From an uncultured Alphaproteobacteria bacterium (GTDB taxonomy: Bacteria; Pseudomonadota; Alphaproteobacteria; ATCC43930; CGMCC-115725), in NCBI GenBank assembly GCA_963703745.1, contig CAVPFL010000002.1, positions 515,637-555,636 of the forward strand: a stretch of 40,000 nt of DNA. The letters run 5' to 3'. This document shows, piece by piece, positions 1 to 8,171 of this stretch. The notes below the pieces were generated by a model. That model searched no databases and was not told the DNA's origin. It saw only the letters and a program-made list of their open reading frames with translations. Numbering within the stretch: the stretch's first letter is position 1; each line of letters opens with the position of its first letter. The position numbers and the translations under genes were made by a program.

Positions 1-169
1 GCACTTTGAGAGTATCGGCTATGCCCATGATATTGATCGCGTATCCGCCGCCGCCGGCACTCTTGCGGCAGATCGAGCAATAGCACCGCTGATACGGGTA
101 CGGCGTGTGGCTGTCGACGCTGAAGGTGATCGCGCCGCAGCGACAGGAGCCTTCGAGGCGCATCGGCAT
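1..169 (-). CDS. GFA-family (glutathione-dependent formaldehyde-activating / CENP-V-like) protein, N-terminal part; gene runs off the left edge
   Basis: Minus-strand translation from ATG at 167-169 reads MPMRLEGSCRCGAITFSVDSHTPYPYQRCYCSICRKSAGGGGYAINIMG. This carries the CxC ... CxC Cys pattern typical of GFA domains. The ORF is absent from the track because the window truncates it. Confidence 0.65.
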   Translation of the reverse strand, partial: MPMRLEGSCRCGAITFSVDSHTPYPYQRCYCSICRKSAGGGGYAINIMGIADTLKV

Positions 170-477
170 TTAGATCTCCTCGGGTGTGGCCCAGTCCAGG
201 ACATCGAGCCCGGGTACGCGCGCGAACTCGGGCTGGTTGGCGGTCACGAGAGTTGCGCCATGGCGGCGCGCTTGCGTGGCGATCAGCAGGGCGTAATGGC
301 CGACCCGGCTCACGCGGACCTCCTTTCTCGGCAGGCGGAACTCCTCGGGAAGCCCACCGCCTGGCTGCGGCCGTGAGTGAACAGCTTGGCGGTCTTGGTC
401 TCGGCGATGCTGACGATGCTTCGTTATGATGGCTATCGAGGTAGATACCAACTTGTGTGAATGGGGTCACGCGCGAT
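170..477 (-). pseudogene. vapC: VapC-like PIN-domain toxin remnant, apparently frameshifted
   Basis: The C-terminal frame reads GHYALLIATQARRHGATLVTANQPEFARVPGLDVLDW, the typical VapC tail. N-terminal PIN-like pieces (GIYLDS, then SIAETK..) lie in two other frames upstream. No single intact ORF covers a whole PIN domain. Confidence 0.45.
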
Positions 478-890
478 CGGGTGGCCGGTACCGCCACTTG
501 TCGGACGGAGGTTCGACATTATCTTATTACGATCGCAATTGCGTAATATTGTCAAATTTATCATGATCGGAGTCCGCGCAATGGGTGCTTTGTCGCCTCC
601 CCTGTTGTCCCCCTGATAGGCCGATTGCGCCCCCTGTACGGCGCCCGGAGCACCCTGTTCGCGCGTGCCGCAGCCTGGCTCGTAACTCATTGAGTAAACT
701 TACTTTATTGGCGATGCGAGGGCTCCGACTTCCAGGCCGATTCGATGATTCGCCCTGTTTTCCGGCTTTTACAGGGGCGGGAGAATTGCGCCGGACCCGG
801 CGGAAGATCATCGTCGCAAAAGTGGACACCAGCGCTGACCCGCGGCAAAGTTGAGCTCGCGTATCGCTCGGGTTTGCCGGCAGGGAGGCC

Positions 891-1793
891 ATGGACCCGC
901 GGCCCCATATCGTCGTGGTCGAGGACGAAGCCACACAGCGGCAATTGCTCGCCGACTATCTCGCCGGCCAGAATTTTCGCGTCAGCGCCGTCGATAGCGG
1001 CGCCGCTTTGCATCGGCTCGTCGAGTACGAGGCGCCCTCGCTGGTCCTGCTCGATGTTGGCTTGCCGGGTGAAGACGGGTTCGCATTGGTGCGCCGGCTG
1101 CGCGAGAGGAGCAGCCGCATCGGCATCATCATGGTGACTTCGGCCGCCGACACGGTCGACCGCGTCGTCGGGCTGGAAACCGGCGCCGACGACTACATCA
1201 CGAAGCCCTTCGAGCCGCGCGAGCTGCTGGCACGGGTCAGGAGCGTATTGCGCCGCCGCGGCGTGCCCGAGCGCGAGGCTACGTCGACGCGGCGCATCGC
1301 CGCCATCCTGGCGGCTGATGTCGCGGGCTACAGCCGGCTCGTCGGGGATGACGAGGAGGGCACTTTGGCGCGTGTGCGCGCTTTGCGCAGGGGGCTGATC
1401 GACCCCGAAATCGGGGCGCATCGCGGCCGCATTGTCAAGACCACGGGCGACGGCATCCTGATCGAGTTCGCCAGTGTCGTCGACGCGGTGCGCTGTGCCG
1501 TTGCGGTGCAGCGTGGCCTGGCAGGGGCCACCGACGAGCCCGCCGAGAGACGGCTCCAATACCGCGTCGGTATCAATGTCGGTGACGTGCTGACCGACGG
1601 CGACGACATCTTGGGCGACAGCGTCAACATAGCCGCACGGCTCGAAGCCATCGCCGAGCCCGGCGGCATCTGCCTCTCGGCCGCCGCCTACGAACAGCTG
1701 CGCGGCAAAATCGAGATCGAAGTCGACGATATGGGCGAGCAGGGTCTGAAGAACATCGCTCGCCCGCTGCGCACCTACCGCGTGCTGCTCTAG
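891..1793 (+). CDS. Response regulator receiver domain fused to a class III adenylate/guanylate cyclase domain
   Basis: N-terminal REC motifs are present (VVVEDE, LLDVGLPGEDG, ADDYITKPF). The C-terminal half has cyclase motifs ILAADVAGYS, KTTGDGILIEF, RVGINVGDV and GDSVNIAARLE. Confidence 0.9.
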   Translation: MDPRPHIVVVEDEATQRQLLADYLAGQNFRVSAVDSGAALHRLVEYEAPSLVLLDVGLPGEDGFALVRRLRERSSRIGIIMVTSAADTVDRVVGLETGADDYITKPFEPRELLARVRSVLRRRGVPEREATSTRRIAAILAADVAGYSRLVGDDEEGTLARVRALRRGLIDPEIGAHRGRIVKTTGDGILIEFASVVDAVRCAVAVQRGLAGATDEPAERRLQYRVGINVGDVLTDGDDILGDSVNIAARLEAIAEPGGICLSAAAYEQLRGKIEIEVDDMGEQGLKNIARPLRTYRVLL

Positions 1794-1796
1794 TCG

Positions 1797-2501
1797 ATGG
1801 ACCTGCGGCCGCATATTGCCGTCGTCGAAGACGAGGCGGTGCAGCGCCAGATGCTCGCTGACTATCTCGCCAGGCAGAACTTCCGGGTTAGCGCCCTCAC
1901 CGATGGTGCCGCCTTGCGCCGGCTCGTCGAGCGCGAATTGCCGGCGCTGGTCATGCTCGATGTCGGCCTACCGGGCGAGGACGGGTTCGCGCTGGCGCGC
2001 TGGCTGCGTGAGAAGAGCGGCCGCGTCGGCATCATCATGGTGACCGCTGCCGGCGATACCGTCGACCGGGTGGTCGGGCTCGAGACCGGTGCCGACGACT
2101 ACATCTCCAAGCCGTTTGAGCCGCGCGAGCTGTTGGCGCGGGTCAAGAGCGTATTGCGGCGCGCCGTCGGGGTGCCGGCGGCCGGCGCGCGCGTGCGCAT
2201 CGGCCGGCGGGTGCTCGATCTCGAGCGCCGAGTGTTGGTCGATCCCGAAGACGGCGGGGAGGAGCGCCTGGCCGCGAGCGAGTTCGACCTGTTGAAGGTT
2301 TTTGCCGAAAACCCCAACCGGCCCTTGATGCGCGACTGGCTGCTGGAGGTCACCGCCCATCGCGAGGCCGACGCTTATGATCGCGCCATCGACCTGCGCA
2401 TCACCCGGCTGCGCCGCAAGATCGAGACCGACCCCGCCCATCCCGAGGCGATCCGCACCGTGCGCGGGGTCGGCTACATGTTCGTCCCCCCGAAGGACTG
2501 A
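1797..2501 (+). CDS. OmpR/PhoB-family response regulator (REC plus winged-helix DNA-binding domain)
   Basis: A REC domain is followed by LSASEFDLLKVF...NRPLMRDWLL...RAIDLRITRLRRKIE...IRTVRGVGYMF, the classic OmpR-type output domain. Starts 4 nt after the upstream stop. Confidence 0.92.
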   Translation: MDLRPHIAVVEDEAVQRQMLADYLARQNFRVSALTDGAALRRLVERELPALVMLDVGLPGEDGFALARWLREKSGRVGIIMVTAAGDTVDRVVGLETGADDYISKPFEPRELLARVKSVLRRAVGVPAAGARVRIGRRVLDLERRVLVDPEDGGEERLAASEFDLLKVFAENPNRPLMRDWLLEVTAHREADAYDRAIDLRITRLRRKIETDPAHPEAIRTVRGVGYMFVPPKD

Positions 2502-2514
2502 TCCCGCGACACCG

Positions 2515-3492
2515 TTATGCGGCCTCGGCGGACTTCCGCCCTTGCAGCACCTCGCGGATCCCGGCGATGATCCGCTTGCGGTCAGGAAAAACGTGGTTTT
2601 CGAGGACGGGGCTGTAGGGGATCGGCACCTGTAGCGCGCAGACCCGTTTCACCGGGGCCTTGAGCCGCGCGAACGTCGCCATATCCTCGGTGGCAACCGC
2701 CGCAACCTCTGCCGAGAAGCCGGCCGTCGGGCCCGCCTCGTCGGCGATGACGAGCCGACCAGTTTTCTGCACCGAGTTGCGGATCGTTTCCGTATCGAGC
2801 GGCACGAGCGTGCGCGGATCGACGACCTCGACCGAGATCCCCTCTGTGGCAAGTTCTTCGGCCGCGGCCAGCGCCTCGTGCACCAGCCAGGCCAGCGCGA
2901 CGACGGTTACATCCTTGCCCTCGCGTTTGATGTCGGCCTTGCCCAAGGGGATCGTGTAATCCTCCTCCGGCACCGGTCCCTTGCGGGTCATCAGCCGGCC
3001 CAACTCGAACGAGATGACCGGGTTGTTGTCGCGGATCGCCGTCTTCAAGAGACCCTTCATGTCGTAGGGTGTGGAGGGCAGGAACATCTTCAAGCCGGCC
3101 ACATTCATAAACATCGAGTAGGGCGACTGAGAGTGCTGTGCGGCCACTAAGCCGCCGCCCCCGACGGCTGCCCGATAAAGGATCGGGAAGGTCACCTGGC
3201 CGCCGAACATGTAGTGGATCTTCGCGGCCTGATTGACGATCTGGTCCATCGCGACAAAGCAGAACGTCACCTGCCGCCAGTCGACGATCGGGCGGAAGCC
3301 GGAGCCCGCAGCGCCGATCGACATGCCGGTCAGTGCGGCTTCGGTGATCGGCGTCGCTCGAACCCGCTGGGCGCCAAACTCCTTAAGCAGCGGCGGCAGC
3401 GCGTCGGTCGACATGTAGAAGATCTTGGGGTCGCGCCGCATCTCCTCGGCCACGGCCTCGACCGCTGCCTCGTTGTACGTCAGCTCTCGCAT
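2515..3492 (-). CDS. 2-oxoacid (pyruvate/acetoin-type) dehydrogenase E1 component, beta subunit
   Basis: 325 aa with transketolase-like pyrimidine-binding and C-terminal domain motifs (TPITEAALTGMSIGAAGSGFRP, QHSQSP, VDPRTLVPLD). Lies directly downstream of the alpha subunit. Confidence 0.9.
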   Translation of the reverse strand: MRELTYNEAAVEAVAEEMRRDPKIFYMSTDALPPLLKEFGAQRVRATPITEAALTGMSIGAAGSGFRPIVDWRQVTFCFVAMDQIVNQAAKIHYMFGGQVTFPILYRAAVGGGGLVAAQHSQSPYSMFMNVAGLKMFLPSTPYDMKGLLKTAIRDNNPVISFELGRLMTRKGPVPEEDYTIPLGKADIKREGKDVTVVALAWLVHEALAAAEELATEGISVEVVDPRTLVPLDTETIRNSVQKTGRLVIADEAGPTAGFSAEVAAVATEDMATFARLKAPVKRVCALQVPIPYSPVLENHVFPDRKRIIAGIREVLQGRKSAEAA

Positions 3493-3507
3493 CGTCCGGT
3501 CCTCGCG

Positions 3508-4488
3508 TTAGGCGGCAAACACGTCGTCGGTTGCCTGCTCGGGCAGCGGGAAGGGGCTCGCCTCGGCGAAGGCGACGGCGGCTTCGAGCGCGGCCATGAT
3601 GCTGCCCTCCATGCCACGCAGCCCCGAGTCGTCGAGCTCGCCCTGGTCCCTGAGCTGGCGTTCGAGCAGCGCGATCGGATCCTTCCGCTTCCACGCTTCG
3701 ATCTCCGCCGGGTCGCGCACATCAGCCATGCCTCGGCGCTCGGTGTGGGCGCGCCAGCGGTAAGTCTTGCACTCGATCAAACTCGGGCCGCCGCCCGACC
3801 GCGCACGCTCGACGGCTGCGTTCGCCGCCTGATAGACCGCAAAGACGTCGTTGCCGTCGACCACGACCCCGGGAATGCCGTAGCCGGCCGCCCGTGACGC
3901 AACATCGCTCAGCGCATGGGTCGCAGCGGCCGCCGTGTTCGCCGCGTACATGTTGTTCTCGCACACATAAAGCATCGGCAATTTCCAAGTCGCCGCAATG
4001 TTGAGGCACTCGTGAAACGGTCCCGCATTTGATGCGCCGTCCCCAAAGAAGGAGACCGCGACACGCCCCTTGCCCTCCATCTGGGCCGCGAGGCCGGCAC
4101 CGGTCACGATCGCGATCCCGCCCGCGACGATGCCATTGGCCCCGAGCATGCCGATGCCGAAATCGGCGATGTGCATCGAGCCGCCCTTGCCTTTGCAATA
4201 TCCCGTCTGCCGCCCGTAGAGCTCGGCCATCATACGGTTGAGGTCGGCACCCTTGGCGATGCAGTGGCCGTGTCCGCGATGCGTCGAGATAATTCGGTCG
4301 CCATCGCCGAGCGCGCTACAGACGCCGACGGCGACCGCCTCCTCCCCGATATAGCAATGCACGACGCCGTAGATCTTGCCGGCAAGATAGTCGGCCGAGG
4401 CGCGTTCTTCGAAGCGGCGGATGGTCAGCATCCGGCGCAACATCTCACGCTGCGTATCGGGTGGCAGGTTCGGCGAGAGGCTCTGCAT
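3508..4488 (-). CDS. 2-oxoacid dehydrogenase E1 component, alpha subunit (TPP-dependent)
   Basis: 326 aa with RRFEE, HRGHGH, GKGGSMH and the TPP-binding GDGASNAG...CENN motifs. Confidence 0.9.
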   Translation of the reverse strand: MQSLSPNLPPDTQREMLRRMLTIRRFEERASADYLAGKIYGVVHCYIGEEAVAVGVCSALGDGDRIISTHRGHGHCIAKGADLNRMMAELYGRQTGYCKGKGGSMHIADFGIGMLGANGIVAGGIAIVTGAGLAAQMEGKGRVAVSFFGDGASNAGPFHECLNIAATWKLPMLYVCENNMYAANTAAAATHALSDVASRAAGYGIPGVVVDGNDVFAVYQAANAAVERARSGGGPSLIECKTYRWRAHTERRGMADVRDPAEIEAWKRKDPIALLERQLRDQGELDDSGLRGMEGSIMAALEAAVAFAEASPFPLPEQATDDVFAA

Positions 4489-4614
4489 GGCGGCGATCCC
4501 TCGGGGGTCGGTCAGGACTTAATTATGATGGGCCAGCGCTCGGAGGCTGGCAACCATAACGTCGGCACTGCTGTCGTGAGCTGGCTTTCGGAGTAGGATC
4601 GCTCGCAGCTCACT

Positions 4615-5526
4615 TTGGTCATCAGCCTTTCGGAGGAAGCGATGCTTCTGGAAAGCCGCGTGCTGGGTAACCGCGTCGCTTGCGAGGTCGTCGGGCTGCG
4701 CCTTTGGGAGCCGCAGGACGATCAGACGATCGATTGGCTGCGCGCCTTGTGGGCCCAGCATCCGGTGCTGGTATTTCGCCGGCAAGCCCTCTCCGAGGAT
4801 GAACTGGTCGATTTCAGCGCTCGCTTTGGCCCGCTCGAGCGTACCGTCCGCACCGATTGGGCGTCTCCGGCGCGACCCGAGGTGAGCCTGATCTCAAATC
4901 TGAAGGATGCGCAGGCAAAGCCGATCGGCGGTCTTGGCGACGGCGAGATTCAATGGCACTCGGACCAATCCTACATGCTGAACCCGGCGACCGGGGCAAT
5001 GCTCTATGCGCTCGAGCTGCCGCCGGAGGGAGGAGCAACCTCCTGGGTAGATTTGAGCGCAGCCTATGCGGGCCTGCCAGCCCGTCTGAAGCGCGCCGTG
5101 GACGGAAAATGCGGGATCTTCAGCTACGTCAAGCGGCTGGCCGGCTACCAGGGCGTCGACCGGGTAATCTCAGAGGAAGCCAAGCGTAAGACGCCGCCGA
5201 TCCTGCACCCGCTGGTGCACACGCACCCCGCGACCGGAAGAAGGGCGCTGTATTTGGATCGCACGACAACGGTCGGGATCGATGGGATGGACGAGGCATC
5301 AGGCTCGGCGCTGCTCGAGGAGATCTACGAGTTTGCGACGCAGCCCGAGTTCATCTATTGCCACCACTGGCAGGTCGGCGATGCACTATTGTGGGACAAT
5401 GGCTTCACGATGCATCGCCGGGAACCATTCGACCCGTCGGCGCGTCGCCTGATGAAGCGAACCACGATGTTCTTGTCCCGTGAACGCCACATCGTCCCCG
5501 AGGGCGTGCTGGCGGCGGCAGCCTGA
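4615..5526 (+). CDS. TauD/TfdA-family Fe(II)/2-oxoglutarate-dependent dioxygenase
   Basis: WHSDQSYMLNPATGAMLYALELPPEGGATSWVD (HxD iron-binding region) and C-terminal WDNGFTMHRR. Start is uncertain; an internal ATG at 4642 is also possible. Confidence 0.85.
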   Translation: MVISLSEEAMLLESRVLGNRVACEVVGLRLWEPQDDQTIDWLRALWAQHPVLVFRRQALSEDELVDFSARFGPLERTVRTDWASPARPEVSLISNLKDAQAKPIGGLGDGEIQWHSDQSYMLNPATGAMLYALELPPEGGATSWVDLSAAYAGLPARLKRAVDGKCGIFSYVKRLAGYQGVDRVISEEAKRKTPPILHPLVHTHPATGRRALYLDRTTTVGIDGMDEASGSALLEEIYEFATQPEFIYCHHWQVGDALLWDNGFTMHRREPFDPSARRLMKRTTMFLSRERHIVPEGVLAAAA

Positions 5527-5547
5527 GTTTGATTGAAAAGGTTCGTC

Positions 5548-5990
5548 ATGAAAGTCGGCCTGTTCATCAACACGCAGTTCCCAGAGGGCTTCAACCTCGC
5601 AGAACGCGTCCCGGAGATGGTGGTACAGGTGCGCGCGGCGCGCGACGCTGGGTTCGCATCTCTCTGGTTCCCGCATCACTGGCTGACCCATCCGATGCAG
5701 ATGCTGCAGATCACGCCCGTGATGGGCTACGTTGCGGCGCACGCGCAGGGCATGACGATCGGTCCAAATATCCTGATCCTGCCGCCGCTCAATCCGGTGC
5801 ATGTGGCCGAGGAAGCCGCCACGCTCGACGTGTTGACCGGCGGCAACTACATCCTTGGCGTCGGCCTGGGCTATCGCCAGCCGGAATTCGACGCATTTGG
5901 CATTAGCCTCAGCGAGCGGGCGCCTCGGTTCAACGAGAGCATCGCCTTGATGCGTCGGCTGTGGACCGAGGAGCGGGTGAGCCACAAGGG
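5548..5990 (+). pseudogene. LLM-class (luciferase-like) flavin-dependent oxidoreductase, 5-prime fragment cut by the casposon insertion
   Basis: MKVGLFINTQFPEG...SLWFPHHW...LDVLTGGNYILGVGLGYRQPEF...RLWTEERVSHKG, after which the frame runs into TIR sequence. The rest of the gene resumes at 19527-20075. Confidence 0.88.
5977..5990. repeat. Left target-site duplication GTGAGCCACAAGGG
   Basis: An identical 14-mer occurs at 19527-19540, immediately outside the two TIR ends. The last G could belong to the TIR, so the TSD is 13 or 14 bp. Confidence 0.85.
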
Positions 5991-6127
5991 GGGGCCTCCC
6001 CACCACCACACCCTGGGGTCCCGCGAGAAGTAAGCCGTTGCCCCCCACAACCGGGACGCGAACTTGAGCGGAGCGAACGAGCGGAGCGAGCGCGACGAAG
6101 CGCAGCGAGATCGCACAAGGCTTTCTT

Positions 6128-6192
6128 ACTGGCGCAATAGATTGCAGCACTGGGAGCAGTGGAAATTCGCACTGGCGCAATAGATTGCAGCA
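6128..6192. repeat. 43-bp tandem unit in left TIR (one full copy plus a 22-bp partial)
   Basis: Unit ACTGGCGCAATAGATTGCAGCACTGGGAGCAGTGGAAATTCGC. The same unit is present five times plus a partial in the right TIR. Confidence 0.85.
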
Positions 6193-6270
6193 ACCAATAC
6201 ACTGGGCGCGCCGCTCGCAGTGGAAATCTCAGTAAAGCCGTTGATATTGCTGGGGTTGCAGTGCGGCTGC

Positions 6271-6376
6271 CACGGCAAGGCTCCGCCGGCGACCGCTGGG
6301 ATGTCTCGATCGAGCTCGGCGACCGCGAGGCCGGGGACCGGGCCGATCGCCACGGCAAGGCTCCGCCGGCGACCGC
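6271..6376. repeat. 80-bp unit, family B, left TIR (one full copy plus a 26-bp partial)
   Basis: CACGGCAAGGCTCCGCCGGCGACCGC recurs at 6271 and 6351. The right TIR has two full copies plus a partial (18888-19073). Confidence 0.8.
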
Positions 6377-6378
6377 TC

Positions 6379-6488
6379 GGGAGCCGCTGGCGTGCCCCTC
6401 GATCGCAGTCGAGGGCAGGCTCTGCCGGCCCTCGGGAGCCGCTGGCGTGCCCCTCGATCGCAGTCGAGGGCAGGCTCTGCCGGCCCAG
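6379..6488. repeat. 55-bp unit x2 in left TIR, each with a palindromic core CCCTCGA-TCGCAG-TCGAGGG
   Basis: GGGAGCCGCTGG starts at 6379 and 6434. Two copies are also present in the right arm (about 18776-18885). Confidence 0.8.
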
Positions 6489-7075
6489 CGGTCGCCGCAG
6501 CTGCCAGCCCGTGGCGATCGAGCGCGTCCCCTGCCTCGCGGTCGCCGGGCGCCGCCGAGGCTGCCCAGCGGGCGCCGCAGCTGCCAGCCCGTGGCGATCG
6601 AGCGCGTCCCCTGCCTCGCGGTCGCCGGGCGCCGTCGAGGCTGCCCAGCGGGCGCCGCAGCTGCCAGCCCGTGGCGATCGAGCGCGTCCCCTGCCTCGCG
6701 GTCGCCGGGCGCCGCCGAGGCTGCCCAGCGGGCGCCGCAGCTGCCAGCCCGTGGCGATCGAGCGCGTCCCCTGCCTCGCGGTCGCCGGGCGCCGTCGAGG
6801 CTGCCCAGCGGTCGCCGCAGCTGCCAGCCCGTGGCGATCGAGCGCGTCCCCTGCCTCGCGGTCGCCGGGCGCCGCCGAGGCTGCCCAGCGGGCGCCGCAG
6901 CTGCCAGCCCGTGGCGATCGAGCGCGTCCCCTGCCTCGCGGTCGCCGGGCGCCGCCGAGGCTGCCCAGCGGGCGCCGCAGCTGCCAGCCCGTGGCGATCG
7001 AGCGCGTCCCCTGCCTCGCGGTCGCCGGGCGCCGCCGAGGCTGCCCAGCGGGCGCCGCAGCTGCCCGCCCGTGCG
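6486..7075. repeat. 80-bp unit, family A, left TIR (seven full copies plus a partial)
   Basis: CAGCGG recurs at 6486, 6566, 6646, 6726, 6806, 6886, 6966 and 7046. Each unit has two polymorphic sites (G/T after CAGCGG; GC/GT before CGAGG). Confidence 0.9.
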
Positions 7076-7085
7076 ATTCGAGCCG

Positions 7086-7475
7086 CTATGTTTCATCGGA
7101 TACGGCGCCGGCGTTCGCGTAGGCGGCCTTGCAGAAGCGGTCGCGGCCGTTCAAAAATAGGATAAATATAGCCCTCTCCCCTAGCGAAAGGTGAGGCTGG
7201 GCGGTTTCCGAAACATGCGCAGTACAAGGTACCGATTGCGCGAAGAACCAGCTGTACACCAGCAAGTCGAGGCCGCTCGCGACGAACCCGAGCCCGTCAA
7301 CGAACACAAAGAGGAGCAATGCCCATCGCATGTGGTGGTGATCGAGCCGCTTGGGTGCGGCTGAACTGCGTAAGACCGGCGAAAAGCTCCACCAATCCAG
7401 ACGAATTTCCACGCGATACCGGCGATTGCGATCAAAGGTAAGCCGAACAATCAAAGCGAGCACAAGGCAAATCAT
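7086..7475 (-). CDS. Hypothetical small membrane protein; its C-terminus extends into the left TIR
   Basis: ATG at 7475 is preceded by AGGAGG at 6-nt spacing. Hydrophobic stretches MICLVLALIV and WALLLFVFVDGLGFVASGLDLLVYSWFF are present. The ORF ends ...AGAVSDET inside the TIR. No recognised family. Confidence 0.45.
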   Translation of the reverse strand: MICLVLALIVRLTFDRNRRYRVEIRLDWWSFSPVLRSSAAPKRLDHHHMRWALLLFVFVDGLGFVASGLDLLVYSWFFAQSVPCTAHVSETAQPHLSLGERAIFILFLNGRDRFCKAAYANAGAVSDET

Positions 7476-7501
7476 AGGGAGCCTCCTAAAAGGATCTGAT
7501 C

Positions 7502-7690
7502 CTAAAACGGATAATCCACGTTCGCCAGATGCGAGCGCGCGGAACAACCGCGAGGGTGGGGTGCGGGCACCGCGACGGATTGTAATCGCGTAAGTTGTGG
7601 AGGCGACGGCCCGTCATCGTACACAACCGGCATCACCGTCTTGCCATCCCAGCAGGGACAGCGCGGCCGTAAGAGATCGCCGCGCTTCAT
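7502..7690 (-). CDS. Hypothetical 62-aa protein, last member of a translationally coupled chain
   Basis: ATGA start/stop overlap with the upstream ORF at 7687-7690. No recognisable motifs. Confidence 0.3.
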   Translation of the reverse strand: MKRGDLLRPRCPCWDGKTVMPVVYDDGPSPPQLTRLQSVAVPAPHPRGCSARSHLANVDYPF

Positions 7691-7959
7691 TTCCGCTCCG
7701 CCTCTATCACCCTCAGCGTGGCCCGCGCGGAACGGATCAGCGAGCGATAAGCCGCCTTCTCGCCGCAGAAATCGACGCCATCGGCATAATATTCGGCATC
7801 GCTCTTCAGGTCGGCCAGGGCGGCGTCATCAAGTTCGACAACGGCGCGTCTTCCATCGTCACGGATGATCACGCGCTCGCCATCGTGATCGGAGCAGCGG
7901 TCATAGTGATCGCGCCAGAAGATGCCAGGCAGGATCAGGCGGCGCATCGTCATTTCCAT
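7687..7959 (-). CDS. Hypothetical 90-aa acidic protein
   Basis: The ORF overlaps both neighbours by a few nt. No recognised family. Confidence 0.45.
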   Translation of the reverse strand: MEMTMRRLILPGIFWRDHYDRCSDHDGERVIIRDDGRRAVVELDDAALADLKSDAEYYADGVDFCGEKAAYRSLIRSARATLRVIEAERK

Positions 7960-8171
7960 TCAGCCTGTCCGCGGCGCTGTGCCGCCTTGTTAATCGTCAC
8001 GGCACAATGCGGACACCAGTTGGCGTCTATCACGTCGCCCTCGGTCAGCGGCATGCCGCAGGGGATGTGCTCATACTCGGCATTTGCCGTTATGCGCCGC
8101 ATCTCCGCTATGTCGGCAGCCGGAATGGTTCTCACGTCCCGGTGCGGTCCTGCCTGAATGATGTAGATCAT
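7950..8171 (-). CDS. Hypothetical 73-aa protein with a possible Cys/His zinc-binding motif
   Basis: Starts MIYIIQAGPH at an ATGA overlap with the upstream ORF. Contains HIPCG ... WCPHC. The longer 115-aa version in the track is unlikely. Confidence 0.45.
   Translation of the reverse strand: MIYIIQAGPHRDVRTIPAADIAEMRRITANAEYEHIPCGMPLTEGDVIDANWCPHCAVTINKAAQRRGQAEWK

Larger units (their letters stand above)
5991..7119. repeat. Left terminal inverted repeat (about 1.13 kb) built from nested tandem arrays
   Basis: The reverse complement is colinear with 18065-19526, apart from array copy-number differences and a few point variants inside the 80-bp array. Confidence 0.85.

Noticed and set aside
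705-1814. 369-aa minus-strand ORF antisense to the REC-cyclase gene (also 1968-2441 and 5386-6180 antisense ORFs)
   Set aside because: The plus-strand genes have clear domain motifs. The antisense ORFs have Arg/Ala/Gly-rich composition typical of spurious high-GC antisense frames.
2515-4488. E1 alpha/beta pair lacking adjacent E2/E3 genes, considered as an unusual orphan system
   Set aside because: Stand-alone E1 alpha/beta pairs are common in accessory catabolic clusters. The partners may lie elsewhere in the genome, and nothing in the sequence itself is anomalous.
6486-7075. A CRISPR array associated with the nearby cas1
   Set aside because: The repeats are contiguous 80-bp tandem units with no unique spacers. 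They occur as inverted copies at both element ends. No cas2 or leader is present, and cas1 is embedded in a pPolB-HNH operon. The pattern fits casposon TIRs, not CRISPR.
5930-7165. Several very long ORFs (257-388 aa) on both strands across the left TIR, with a matching set (about 300-490 aa) across the right TIR at 17573-20075
   Set aside because: They are open only because the GC-rich tandem arrays lack stop codons in nearly all frames. The 80-bp unit is not a multiple of 3, so each ORF cycles through frames and yields Arg/Pro/Ala/Gly-rich low-complexity repeats. The same DNA is open in several frames and both strands at once, and several read straight through the transposon end into host sequence.
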